Positions 43,341-55,770 of a DNA stretch of 64,000 bases are shown here, in pieces. The stretch's first letter is position 1. Each line of letters opens with the position of its first letter. Source of the stretch: the human T2T-CHM13v2.0 reference genome, Homo sapiens. Both the position numbers and the translations under genes were made by a program. The notes under the pieces are model-generated. The model had not been told where the DNA came from and made no database searches. It worked only from the letters and a program-made list of their open reading frames with translations. The DNA lies in assembly GCF_009914755.1 (NCBI RefSeq), contig NC_060941.1. The stretch is one strand, 5' to 3'.

Positions 43341-45049
43341 TGTAGGGCTTCTGTTTCCTGGGCCTCCTCATCTTGGGCATGGCTTTGTTCCCTAGATAGT
43401 GAGCTGAGTATGGCTTGCTCTAACTTTGAAGAAGTTCTTGGCACAATGAAGGGTAGGATAGAGGCTGTGAGGAGAAAGAGAGGCTTCTGGAGGAGGTTGT
43501 AAGAAAAGCCTTGGGGCCAGCCCTCAGGGCTAGGTCCAGTGGGCTATTCGGTCAGTGCACTTCTCAGGAGGAGTCTGTGTGGTACCCAGCTCTTGGGCTC
43601 TTGGCAGGTCTGGTGGTCATAATTGAAAGTCCTTTTGCTGGAGAGAGGCCAGATCAAAGCTACCTTATGGAGAAGACTCTGTTGGTATTTAAAATGTCAG
43701 AATGACATTTCTGATAAGAAAATCAGAGGCCTGTTGAATAATGTTGACGTGGGAAACATTTCCTTTGAGGTGAGAAGCACAATACAAGCAATTAAGGCTG
43801 AAGCTGAGAAATAGCAGGTATGTGAGGCCTGCGAAGTGAGAATGCCTGTGGAAAGGTGTGGCTGGGACGACCACTGGAGAGCTGACTCTCCCGCCTGGAT
43901 GAAAATTCTGGGGAGGGACTCAATGTGGAAGCCAAACAAATGAAAGATCCATACAGCTCTTGGGCGAGAAGGATAGAAGGTTTGTCACCCATGAGATGTG
44001 GCAGCATTTACTTGGGGGGAGAAGAAGGAATCCAGGAATGGAAGAAACCTCCTTCTTTGTCTCTTCCCACCTGCCCTCATAATTAGTGTGGCCAGGTACT
44101 GGCACACATGCTCCAGTTTCAGCCACTGACTCTGGAGGTTCAGTTGGAAGATCTAGTCCAGAATCCGATGGATCTGATAAGCTTGGTCTTGACTTGGCCA
44201 ACTTAGACTGGAGTTTCCAAAAGAAGGTGTTGCATCTTGAAGTACCTTTCTTCTGTCTCATGAACACAATATCAGCCACATTCAAGAGTTAATCTTGTTG
44301 GTCTCCATGTGGATTCCAGTCTTAACTGTTAAAAAAATCTTCTGTGTTACCAAGTTTCCAAATATTTTCTCTTTAGCTATCTGAAATGATACAGAATAGA
44401 CTGATTGGGACTGATGACAGCAAATTCAGATGACGGTTGCGTTATAGAATGAGCTCTATTTTAGCCAAGTTGATAGCAAAGCAAATCCTAGTTCTCCATT
44501 AACTTCTATTATTAAGCCAGAGATGTGTTTTCATGAGGATTTAATGACTTTCTTGTGTGAACACAAAGAACAATACAATAAATGTGTAACAATATAATAA
44601 ATGTGGGGCACTGACAAATGCTCCACAGACTACCTCAGAGTTCTCAGGGCCTGTGGACACTAACTTCTAAAGTCTTAGGTTGCACTTATGGCCTCTTTGC
44701 TGGGTTTTTTTTTTCCCATGAAAGGAGAGCAAGACATACTCTGTCCACCACAGACATGGATCAGTCGTTTCCTGGGCTTCACCAGAATGTCTCTTCTGGT
44801 TTTCATTAGTGAAGCGTGTTCACCATTGAAGACCAGAAGGGGCATTTAGGGAAGGACAATGGCAGCACTCATTACCCGGGTGAATCCGTGATTTCTGGAC
44901 TGTGGGCCTCTTTTCTCACAGGGACCCTTGTCAATGCTCAGCTGAGAAAAGTCTTCACAGCACAGCTTACAACAAATCTATTAGAAGTGCAGAAATCTCC
45001 TAAAAGTGCTGTCATTAAGTCACATCACAGTCTTTTTCTCTCTAGTGAT

Positions 45050-45490
45050 TCAACACATACTTTTTGAGTGACTATTATGTTCATATATTAGGTGCTAGGG
45101 ATAAAATTGAGAACAATGAAGACATCTACTCTCAGGGAATTTATATTCAGGAGACAAAGAAAAAAATTGAATACATATGTACAAGATAATGGCAGGTAAT
45201 AAGTGCATTAAAGAAAAACAAGAAAGTGCATTGAAGAAATGCAAGAATGACAGGAATTGTTACCATTTTAAATGCAGTGGTCAGAGAAGTCTCTTCTGAG
45301 GAGGTGACATTTGAGTAGGGACCACAAAGCAAGCCATGAGAATATATGAGAAGGTGTTTTTGGGCAGAGAAAACAGCAAGGCCAAAGGCCTGAGGCGGGA
45401 GACTGCAGGGTATACTTGGGTAGGAAGGCATTGTGGATGGAATGGAGTGAGCAAGTGGTACAGTGGGAGACAACAAAGCCAGAGATGACA
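45050..45490 (-). mobile_element. L2
   Basis: TAGGTGCTAGGGATA...GGTCAGAGAAGTCTCTTCTGAGGAGGTGACATTTGAG...CAAAGGCCTGAGGCGGGA. Confidence 0.85.
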
Positions 45491-46244
45491 TCTTTTTCCT
45501 TTTCTTTGCCATTTAACTAAATTCCGAACATTGGCATATATTCTTTTTCTTTCCCTGGAAACTCTTTGATTCCACACTGGCAGCTTCCAAAGATGTACTC
45601 ACTTCTGGGCATGTATAGGGTCTCATAGAGCTGAATTGCAATACCACCTCTCACCAGCAGTTGCCACTAGGGCACCCAATTCCTACAGTTTTGTAATTCT
45701 ATTTCAAATCTGCAACACATTGAGTGCATGCCAGGGGTCAAGTACTGCGCAGGCTGCTGGGTTACAACAATAAGTTAGATACAGTCTGGTAGGCATAAAT
45801 TCAAGGCTTCAGTGAAATGACCCATGTGGAGACTGACTTCTGGCTTTGACGAAACAGAATAGGCCGATGCTCATTCTACTTTGGTTCTGTTGCTGGGGAC
45901 AATGAAGGCTCTATCCCTCTGTCTTCCTCCCACATCAGCCTGAACTTCAGGTCACCTCCTAACCCAAGACCTTTCTGAAACCTCAGCTACATGACATCAT
46001 TTTCTGGTGTCATCTGAAAGAAGGAGAGTATCCAGTCTGGAAAAGCTCCCTTGGGATTTTTCTGACAGGTGGTGGAAAAGAACAATTCCAATTCCTCTCA
46101 CCTTTAGATTGTACCCTCCAAACCCTGCAATTAGGTCTCTGTCTTGCTGGATTTTCTCCACAACCCTGAGACTTGGGTATTATTATCTACATTTTACAGT
46201 TGAGAAAGCTAAAGGTCAAAAGGGCAAGGGGATGTTCCCAAGTT

Positions 46245-46600
46245 TTTGTTGGTTACTAAGCTACTGCCTCTCACCTTCAGACTTGCCTTTCCACACTCAG
46301 CTCTGCAACTTGCAGCTGAGAGTGGGAACAGCATTTTTACTTAGCCAGCGGGTTTCCTATTGGGTTTTGTCATTAGGGGGCACTAGAGGGATGCTGGAGG
46401 CAGGAGAATGGAGAAGAGCTGTGGAGCTTCCTGTTTTGCTTGTTGCCCCTGTAAGTGGTCTGGCCTGAGATCCCAGTCTCTTGGGACCTTACAGTTTCTA
46501 TGATGTGGTCACCGTTTGGTCCAGCTGCCCAGACTTGCTAAACATCCCTTGGGCTGGTCCTCCAGGCCCTGAGATACCCTCCAAAGGATTAGGGGTGCCC
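46245..46600 (+). mobile_element. Old ERVL LTR (LTR41/LTR33-like)
   Basis: GCCAGCGGGTTTCCTATTGGGTTTTGTCATTAGGGGGCACTAGAGGGA resembles LTR41 core. Confidence 0.5.
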
Positions 46601-46699
46601 TCTTCTCCCACAGCAGCTTGGAAAGTACCATAAATTCACTTGTTCTCTTAATTTGTGAAACCTCCTGGACTTGTCTATGAAGAGCTCCTCAGAAACACC

Positions 46700-47095
46700 C
46701 TCTTCATTACAATGTTAAATTAAAATTTAGTAGACGAGGCACATAGCAGAATAAACTTTCAATTAAAATATACACACTGCGATGGTGAAGGGAGACTGGA
46801 GAGAACTTGCCGGCATCTTTGCCGTGAATGTGCTCGAGATTTAATTTTACTATGACATCTCCTTGGAATTACACAGCTAATTGATCACATTGTGTCTGTC
46901 TGTTATTGAAACTTTCAATAAAACTGAGATTAATGGAAGGTGTAATCCTCCCGGGCAGAACAAATATTCCCATTGCTCATGTCAGGTACAGAAATGGAAA
47001 TGCTCTGCTAACAGCTTTTTGCATTCAATCTGCGCACATGAAGTTAATCATGAAAAATGCAGTGATTCTTTAATGGCTTGAATGAAATTTTTTCT
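46700..47095. promoter_or_regulatory. Candidate conserved non-coding element/enhancer
   Basis: AT-rich, repeat-free, many TAAT/ATTA cores, CATTGT and ACAATG SOX motifs, 19-bp palindrome. Confidence 0.5.
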
Positions 47096-47469
47096 GCCTG
47101 CCCCATTTCTCACCCAAAATAGCTGCCCTTGTCAGAGACTCGAGTGAAGTGGCTGAGAGGCAGAGCCAGGTTCCAGGGGCTGGGGCTCAGGACGGGCTGG
47201 TGATATGGCTGGTGCCTATATCTGAGGACAGGGTCCACCACCCTTGAGAATCAGTGTGCCTGTCAGATGGCATAGAACCGGGAAGGAACGAAACCCAGCT
47301 ACTACAGGGGCCAAGGGCACCCCCCATCAAATTGTAATTTTGGCAAGAGTTTCTGTGGTAAGCCATGGGGAAAAGGGCTTGTCTCTGAGACTCCCATGTG
47401 GGGAGTAACAGGTGCTGAATCTAGAAGCCACCAAAAAAGAGAAACCTCCTAGTTCTAGCTCAGGTGGGA

Positions 47470-47920
47470 GGCAGGGTAGTATAGCAGTTAAGAGCATCCC
47501 AGCTCTACTATTAACCAGTGACCTTGGACAAGTTACTTAAATTTGCCTTGCTTGTTTCCCCTCCTGTAGATTAAAATGATGTCTTAAAGTGTTGTGATTT
47601 ATGTTGCTGACATATGCAAAACACCCAGAATGGGGCCCAGCCCATGCCGTGCAAGCGTTGGCTATTATCATTACTATGCTCTCAGCTGAAGCTTTGTCTT
47701 CTCCACCAGCATCTCCTGTTCAACGGTATTTAAGGACAGGCTTTGGAGTCAGTTCCTAGGGCCTTGATTACTAGATCTTCCCGGATTCCTATATCTCCAA
47801 GCTGCAGTTTTCTTTACTGTAACTTAGAGATGCTATTACTTGCCTCCTAGGGTTGTTGTAAAGATGAAATATGTGTAGAGTCCTCAGCATGCAGAAAACA
47901 CTTAATAAGTAGCTATTACA
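47470..47920 (+). mobile_element. Two MIRs (47470-47670, 47735-47920)
   Basis: GTGACCTTGGACAAGTTACTTAA; GGCTTTGGAGTCAG...AGGGTTGTTGTAAAGATGAAAT. Confidence 0.8.
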
Positions 47921-48259
47921 ATCCCGACCATTGTTTCCATCCAGGCCCTGCAGAACCGATCCAACTCCCAGTATGAGCATGGGAAAACCCTGCCTCAGGT
48001 TTAGTTGTGATTGATCTTCCAGTAGCTTCTATCCATTTGAGTTCCTTGAACTAGGTCTGGATAACTGGGCCACGCTGAAGTCAGTTCCCTCTAACCCATG
48101 ACAGCCCTTCTGATTCTTGAAATTGGTCCTCCTGTTTCCCCAAATCTTCCCTTTCACAGGAGGAGCACTCGTAGCTCCAACGAATGTCCTTCCAACACAG
48201 TGGATTCTGGTTGTTCATTTACCTGAGGCTACCCTTCTTTGATCAAGCCTGGTTGACCA

Positions 48260-48540
48260 CATATGTCCCTTTGAGAGTGTGGGGGACTCAGTACCTCGGA
48301 TGAGTCTGTAGCAGTGTAAAGGAGAGTGATGTGGCCATCACCCATATTCTGGACCCCATGCTTCTATTGATGTGGTCCAGATAGCATTTATTTCTTGGTA
48401 ACCATATCACACTACTAATTCCATGAAATTAGAGTTCACTATTATTTTCTAAATTATTTTCTATGCCTGTTGATGCAGAATCATGTTCTTTGCATCCCGT
48501 GCCAACATAGCCAGATTTTTGCACTCAAGGATAGGTCTTT
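48260..48540 (-). mobile_element. L3/CR1 fragment
   Basis: TCTGGACCCCATGCTTCTATTGATG...CCATATCACACTACT resembles antisense L3. Confidence 0.5.
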
Positions 48541-48562
48541 ACTTTGCTCTTCATAGACTTCC

Positions 48563-48854
48563 TTTTTTTTTTTTTTTTTTTGAGACTGGTTCTTGCTCTG
48601 TCGCCCAAGCTGGAGTGCAGTGTTGCCATCTCAGCTCACTGCAACCTCTGTCTCCCGGGTTCAAGTGCATCAGCCTCCCAAATATCTGAGACTACAGGCG
48701 CCCACCACCATGCCCAGCTAATTTTTGTATTTTTAGTAGAGATGGAGTTTCACTATGTTGGCCAGGTTGGTCTTGAACTTCTGACTTCAGGTTATCCACC
48801 TGCCTTGGCCTCCCAAAGTGCTGAGATTATAGGCGTGAGCCACTGTGCCTGGCC
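48563..48854 (-). mobile_element. AluS
   Basis: T-tract; TSD ACTTCCTT. Confidence 0.95.
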
Positions 48855-49182
48855 AACTTCCTTACATTCTCACCTGGTGTTATTACTTGGGCTCTGGGTT
48901 CTGACATCTGTCATGTGAACTTCATGTTTTTCAAATTTTCAACAAGCATGACATTAAACCTCTTTCTATACAGATGAGAAAAACAAGACCTACATTTGAA
49001 GGCGGGGGCTTGCTTAGGGGTACACAGCAAGGTGGCCAGAGAATCAGGGTAGAAAACCCAGTTTTTCTGAATGTAAGTTCAGGAATCAGGGAAGTTCAGA
49101 GTCAGGTGGGGAGGGAGGAACTGTAGAGGGCACCCAAATAGCTCTCCCAAGTCCTCAAGCGTGGGAGCACATCCTCTGCCAT

Positions 49183-49483
49183 ATTTCTTTTTCTTTTCTT
49201 TTTTTTTTTTTTGAGACAGTCTTGCTCTGTCACCCAGGCTGTCACCCAGTTATAGCTCACTGTAACCACAAACTGCTAGGCTCGAGTGATCCACCCACCT
49301 CAGCCTCCCGAGTAGCTGGGATTATAGGTGTGCATCACCATACCTGGCTAATTTTAAAATTTTGTGCAGAGATGGGGCCTCGCTATAATGCCCAGGCTGG
49401 TCTCGAATTCCTAGGCTCAAACAATCCTCCTGCCTTGGCCTCCCAAAGTGCTGGGATTACAGGTGTGAGCCACCATGCCTGAC
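49183..49483 (-). mobile_element. AluJ
   Basis: ATAGCTCACTG, TAGGCTCAAACAATCCTCC; local GTCACCCAG duplication. Confidence 0.9.
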
Positions 49484-50000
49484 TGCTCTGCCATGTTTCT
49501 GACGGGAGGCTGGCTGTCCACTCCCTTTGGGAATGAGCCCAATGGGGGAGGGGAAGCGCATTGTCCCTTGTCCTGCACCTCCCCATTCCAAAAGAGAACG
49601 TCTTTAATTGTTAAAATGTTATTCCTTAAATTGGGCTGAAATGAGCTTTGTATGAGCTCTGTGGGAAATTAGGGTGTTTCCAAAAGTTTCAGTGGTTCTG
49701 TTATTGTAAGCGATAGAGACCCACTTAAGCTAACTCAAGCACAGGGTTTTCCATGAGGGTTTAAGAGGAATCCCTGTTCCTTCCCACGCTTGCTCCCACT
49801 CTCTCAGCGGGTCTGCTCTGTGCTTCTGTCCTGTTCTCTTTCTTGCAGACTTATTCCACCTTGTGCTCACTCCTGTCTCCTGTACTCCTCTATTCAGCCC
49901 CAGCACGACGGTTCCTTCCAGCTGCAGCCTCCACCACTGCGTGGCAATGTTCCTCTGGGTCTCTTAGTTCACATTCTTGCGATGAAATCTAATTAGCAAG

Positions 50001-50700
50001 TGTCTTAGCCCAGGTTCTCTAGAAAACAGAACTGGAGAAAAAGCTTACATGTTATTGGGAAGTGTAGTTTCAGGGAGGCAGGGGTGAGAGAAAGGGGGAG
50101 TGAGGCGGAAACAGGGGAGAGCAAATGCAGGAGAGTGTGTCGCTAAGCTGGCTGCAGCTGCCTAACAGCTGATTTCTCGGCGTTGCAGGACATCTTCAGA
50201 GAGGCCACGTGAAACTGCAGCATCTCTGGTCTGTCCAGGCTAATGATTCTCAGTCGGGGTGATTTTGCTCCTCAGGGAACACTGAACAACATCTAGAGAC
50301 ATTTTTTGATGGCCATGTCCAGGAGGATGACAATGGCATTTGGTGATATTGTGGGCAGAGGCCAGAGATGCTACTAAACATCCTCCAAGGCACAGCATCT
50401 CCTGCTCTGAACAAAGAATCATCTGGTTCACGATGTCAGCAGTGCTGAGACTGAGAAGCACTGATCTAGGCTGGACTCTTAGGGGAGGAAGGGTAAGAAT
50501 TTATCTGTGGGCTCCCATATCCTTTTGGTTAGAATTTGCTTCAAGGGATGCTAATTCCTCACATTTCTGGGTTGTTTGTAATGTGAGCTTCAATTGGGTC
50601 CCCTGGTGTCTCTTGTCTCTGCAGCAACAAGGACGTCCTGAGGTGGGAGGCAAGAGGCTTGGAGCAGGCATGGGGTGAGGTGGCGATGAGGGTTTTGAGC
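50001..50700 (-). mobile_element. LTR16-family LTR interrupted by MER20
   Basis: TGTCTTAGCCCAGGTTCTCTAGAAAACAGA... start; right boundary approximate. Confidence 0.55.
50241..50463 (+). mobile_element. MER20 (hAT-Charlie)
   Basis: GGGGTGATTTTGCTCCTCAGGGAACA...GAGGCCAGAGATGCTACTAAACATCC; 8-bp TSD GTCCAGGC/ATCTAGGC. Confidence 0.92.
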
Positions 50701-51148
50701 AAGTCCCCCAGGCTGCTGCAGGGGTAGAGTCCACAGCAACCTGACTCTGACTGTGACTTGACTGTAAGACCACAGGAATGGGACAAGCCACGGCTCCAGC
50801 CATTCCAGATAGAAATCAAATGTGCAGATCTGGGGTAGCTCATACACTGAGTGCTATATAGCCTCATCTTTTTGAGCCAAGGTCTCCAAGGCATGGTTTT
50901 CTGGCCCTCCTAGGGACTGTCTTCTATTGCGCCGGGTGCCCACCACAGGCCAGTTAGCCAGGGCTACATGTGGGCTAAGGTGGGGAGGGTCGTCGGGTAG
51001 AAAACATAGCTGCTTATTCAGCAGAAACTCTGAGTAGGAAAAATCTAATTAGAGTGAGAATGAGTGGGACTGGCAGTGATTAACATCTCAGACACACCGC
51101 ACTTGGAAAATCTACCTGAAGTCCTTTGTGGAATGAGGTGGGTATGAG

Positions 51149-51360
51149 CAGTTGTGTGCTAGTAAATGTTAACAACTGGCTCTTTTGGAGGTAGGTCAGG
51201 AGATGCCTGGCTTTGTATGTTCATCACTTTTTGTGGTATAAATGCTCCTATTGTGGCCAATTTCAAGCTACCAATGGTTTAACAACCAGCTTGGAACTTT
51301 TCTGAAAATTCAACAATTGGCTCTTGAGAGCCAATATAAGCTGGCTGTATAGTAAGCCTG
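51149..51360. mobile_element. MER63-like (hAT-Blackjack)
   Basis: GTGTGCTAGTAAATGTTAACAACTGGCTC...GGCCAATTTCAAGCTACCAA. Confidence 0.8.
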
Positions 51361-52273
51361 GTATAAGTAAATAAGTTAATTACAAATGAACAGCTTAGCA
51401 TGATGGAAAAATAGTTGTGAAATATCGCAGACCTTTCTCTCCTCCAGCATGGCCTTCTCTCCAATTTTAAGCAGTCTGATCATTCTGTACTGATTCCTTC
51501 AGAGAAGGGGTATGTCAGAAAGGAAAGGGTTGTGAATTCTTTTCCTGAATTTTATGTTCTAAAATAACAGTATTAGACAGAACAAAAAGCTCCTTTGAAC
51601 AGTCAGACAAAAATATTTAAGACCGGGAGACTGAGAAGAGTAACCACCATCTGGTCTCTGGAAGAGCAAAGATTCCAAACGCTAAGGGAAGAAAAGAACA
51701 CAGGAGTGGAGGAGAAGCTGAGAGTATAGTTCCCTGTGTGTCCCGGGGGGAGCAATCTGGTCCCTACCTCCTGGGCAGAGCCCTGGGGAGGCAGCATGAC
51801 CCAAGAGAAGTTTGTGGGATCTGGGAACAGAGAGGACCTGTGCCCCACTCTCTGAGGGGGACCCCAGGGAAGCTTAGAGAAAGAAGTTATCGACAAGGTG
51901 GGACCATATGGTCTATCTGTAAAAATCCTGCTCCCTGTTGCGGTGCAGGAGCAGCTGAATGATTGCTGGGTTTTCAGACAAGCCGCAGAAATACAGGCCG
52001 GAGCTTGCAGACCTGAAAGAGCCAGATGAGAGACCTGCGAGGGGCAGAGAGGATGATGGGCATCTCAGAAGATGCTCGTGCGGATGGACGACATTGAACA
52101 CCCAATTGACTTCGAGCTATATAGGAATGTGGCCACAACCCCAGGGAAAGGAGGGGGTCCCCTGAGATTGGTTTATGCACCGTAGCAGAAGCTTGAAATA
52201 AAGTTACAAAGAATTTTTTTGTTCACAGTGAAATTTGTGGACCATGATTGAAATTCAAGCCCTTTGCTTTAGA

Positions 52274-52440
52274 CTAGGGATCAGTAAAGTTTTTCTGTAA
52301 AGGATCAGAGTAAATATTTTAGGCTTTGAGGGTCATATATGACCTTCTTCCTCTTTTTTTCCCCCTCTCCTTCCTCCTTCTCCTCCACCTTCTTCCTTTT
52401 GTTGCAACCATTTAAAAATGTAAAAACCATTCTTAGCTGG
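52274..52440. mobile_element. MER58-like (hAT-Charlie) fragment
   Basis: TTTTTCTGTAAAGGATCAGAGTAAATATTTTAGGCTTTG...AAAAATGTAAAAACCATTCTTAGCT. Confidence 0.8.
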
Positions 52441-53410
52441 AAAAAGTCCCCTCAAAGTTTGTCCTCCTCCCGCTGCTCCCGGTCCACAGAGCTGCTGTCT
52501 GAATGAGGTTTTCCACTGGCAACACTACTAGATTTTAGAAAGCCAGGAAGATTCTCCTGCAACGAGATTCAGTTAGTACAAAATGTATTCACTGACCAGG
52601 AGGATGACACTCTTCTCTGGCCACAGGCCACATGATGAAGCCTGCATCTGGCTGTGGAAGGAATCTTCAGCATGGCCGAAGTCTGCTGTTTCTTCCATCT
52701 TTGATCAAAACGGGGGCACATTTCCCTCACCCCCAGGGGACCAAATCCTCTCCCCAGGCGCACTTGCTCCACTCAATGCCTTCTCTCTCCCCGTCCCTGC
52801 CTTTGGAAGATCATCTTCCGGGACCCAGCAGCCCTGAGAATTCACGACAGGGTGTGGCTAGGGCTGGATGAAGGGTTACTTACAGTTTCTCATAAATGGA
52901 CTTCTAGGCGGCTGGTTTCAGAAGCCCTCAGTGGGAAAAACCAGTCGGCCCAGTGATTTTTTATTCATTTTCCTTAGTTTCTGATTTAATTTTGAAAGAC
53001 AACCCATGGACCCAGATGGAGAGATAGACCACACAGTGGAGGAGCTGTCTGGGTTGCCGCGTCATTGTCATGGTGATGTGAGCCACCGCTGTCTCCAGCA
53101 CACCCTCAGAGCACTCCCTGGGAGAAGGTGCCAGAGCAGGATATAAAACCGACTTCTGAGAGGGAGGCGGGGCTGGCCAGGCTGCTCTGTAGTGCGGACT
53201 CAGAGGCAGCTCCAGTGACAGGCGGGTCTGTTCTGCACATGAACAACTGAGGAGCTGAGAACATCTGACCTGGACTGGGCCTCCTGAGTCTGTGGTAAGA
53301 TTCTGGGGCTGAGGATGCCCAGATTGCTGCTTCTGAGGACTGGGCAGCTGCATCATGCTGCAGGCTGAGCCCTGACCCTGGCCTCAATGAGGACCTTGGT
53401 CCTGGCTATC

Positions 53411-53753
<343 letters not shown>

Positions 53754-53940
53754 GGTCCTGATTATCAGAGGAGCCCCAGTCTATCCAGACAGCCCCGAGA
53801 TATCCTCTGACCCCTAGTGACCCCTGCAGGTTAGGTCACAAACGTGTGAGAGCTCAGATGACTGTATGGGGCCAAGTTATCTGCTTTGAACAGAACTCAG
53901 AGCTGTTTCCTTCATTTTGAGAAAAGGGACAGGTTGGGAG

Positions 53941-54190
53941 CATTGTCTTTATATGCAAAAGACAATGTATTGGAAGGAAGCTAAGAATTTTCTTCTCAAA
54001 TTGGGAGGACGGCAGTCCTGGCATCTTAATTTTATTTTTAGGATATTTTCTGCAGAAGAGGGGAGCGGGGAGTGAGGGGGAAAGCCCAATTCGTGCCCTC
54101 TTCAATTTTGAAACCATTAAACCTCAGGCAACTTGAGTGATAATCAGTCAATCCACAAGCAGCCTGTCAACTCATCAGTGCTTATGTACT
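53941..54190. promoter_or_regulatory. Candidate enhancer with SOX-octamer-SOX palindrome
   Basis: CATTGTCTTT-ATATGCA-AAAGACAATG; nearby TTAATT, CCATTAA, TGTCAA motifs. Confidence 0.4.
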
Positions 54191-54832
54191 TAACACCAGT
54201 GGGTTGGAGCGCGATTCCAGCTCTTCAGGGGGAACATGGATGGCCAAGTTGGGGCCCTGCTTTGGGGGAGTTTCAGTGAAGTTGGGCAGTGCAGTGCAGG
54301 ATGTGGACATGCTTACAAAAGTCTGTAACCATAGGCTGGGCATTTCAGGGGGTGATCCAAGTGCTAGACTGGAATGGTCAGTGAAGGCTGCAGGGCGTGA
54401 CTGCTGAGCTAACCTTGCCTCAGGTGGATAAACACATTGGACACTGGTAAGCCCTATTTGTCCACAGCTGCTGTGGATGCTCCGGGCTCGTGGACTCTGG
54501 AGCTTGCTAGCAAAGGCCTTGGGGACACTTACACCGAGCTGCTTGTCCTCACCACACTCTGGTGACCCAGCTTTCTAGCCCTCCCACCGCGAGCTGCCTT
54601 GCAAGGGTTCATGTGCCTTTGTAAATGCATCCTTTTTTGGAGTGAACCCCCAACCTCAGACTCCTGTGTTGATGATATCCTCCCCCCAAGGGATCTTTCT
54701 AAAATAGATTTGACCATGTCGTTCTACTGCTTAAAAGCCTTCAATGAATCCCAGTTGGGTTTAGTGTAAATCAGATCTCTTTATCTTTGTTCTTCCTGCC
54801 AAGCTGCCCTCCACCCCAGCATGGGCATGCAC

Positions 54833-54833
54833 G

Positions 54834-54864
<31 letters not shown>

Positions 54865-54890
54865 TCCAAATGCTTTAGCAAATTCTCTTG

Positions 54891-54925
<35 letters not shown>

Positions 54926-54952
54926 CAAATGCTTTAGCAGACAGATTCTCTT
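54833..54952. repeat. Tandem duplication, each copy carrying an (AC)n microsatellite, inside an L2 fragment
   Basis: GCAT(AC)14TCCAAATGCTTTAGCA..ATTCTCTT then GCAT(AC)15TCCAAATGCTTTAGCA..ATTCTCTT. Confidence 0.95.
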
Positions 54953-55199
54953 GCATTTCTCCTTACCTTTATGTGTTCCCTCCACTTGGAGCACCCTGGC
55001 ATATCCTTCCCTTGGCCTGTCTGGTCAACCCCTGTCCCTCTGATCAGCAGTGATGGTCTTCTCCAGGCCACACTCCTCCCACACTTACCTCTCATCATCT
55101 GGCAAACATCCACTCCTCTCTCAGGCTCCAAATCAAATGCCACTTTCTCTGTGACTCTGCCACGTTGCCCTAGGTCTTTTTTTGATGTCCCTCTAAATT

Positions 55200-55770
55200 C
55201 TGGATACAACTCCCAAATAGAAACTTTTAAACAATTAAACATTAAATTGACTGATTTTTCCCATTGTTACCAGAAAAGTTCACATACCCTTTGACCCAGC
55301 ATCCCCTTTTGGGTACTCTATTCTGTAAAAGTAAAAATGCCAGTACTTAAGGACAGTAGAACAAGAACTTTTTTTTCCTCCAAAAAAAGTTGGCACAGTA
55401 TTGCCAACTTTGAAGTGGCACAGTATTGGAATGTACAAAATAAGAGTGCAGTTGACTAAATTATGACACATCCATGGTATGGAATACTACGCAGCTGTTA
55501 AAAAGAATGAGTTAGATTTCTATGAAAGGATTGTAGCATATTGTTAAGTATAACAGTTTGCTAAGTAAGGTGAGTGGTATAATCATATATTTGTAAAAAG
55601 CAAAACAAAATAAAGCCAAAACTCGAACCTATCTTTGTGTGTTTGCCTATGAACAGAGAAAGGGAAGTGAGGATGCACATCAGACTTAGCATTGGCAACC
55701 TTGGGGGATGAGTTGTAAAACTGATAGACAGGAAAGAATGATTCTTTCTTTATATAACTCTGTATTCTTT
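55200..55770 (+). mobile_element. L1ME-type 3' end
   Basis: CATACCCTTTGACCCAGCATCCC...ATGGAATACTACGCAGCTGTTAAAAAGAATGAG. Confidence 0.75.

Noticed and set aside
53135-53175. TATAAAA followed by a GC box as a core promoter
   Set aside because: GC box is downstream of the TATA, there is no CpG island or supported first exon, and such motifs are expected by chance in 64 kb
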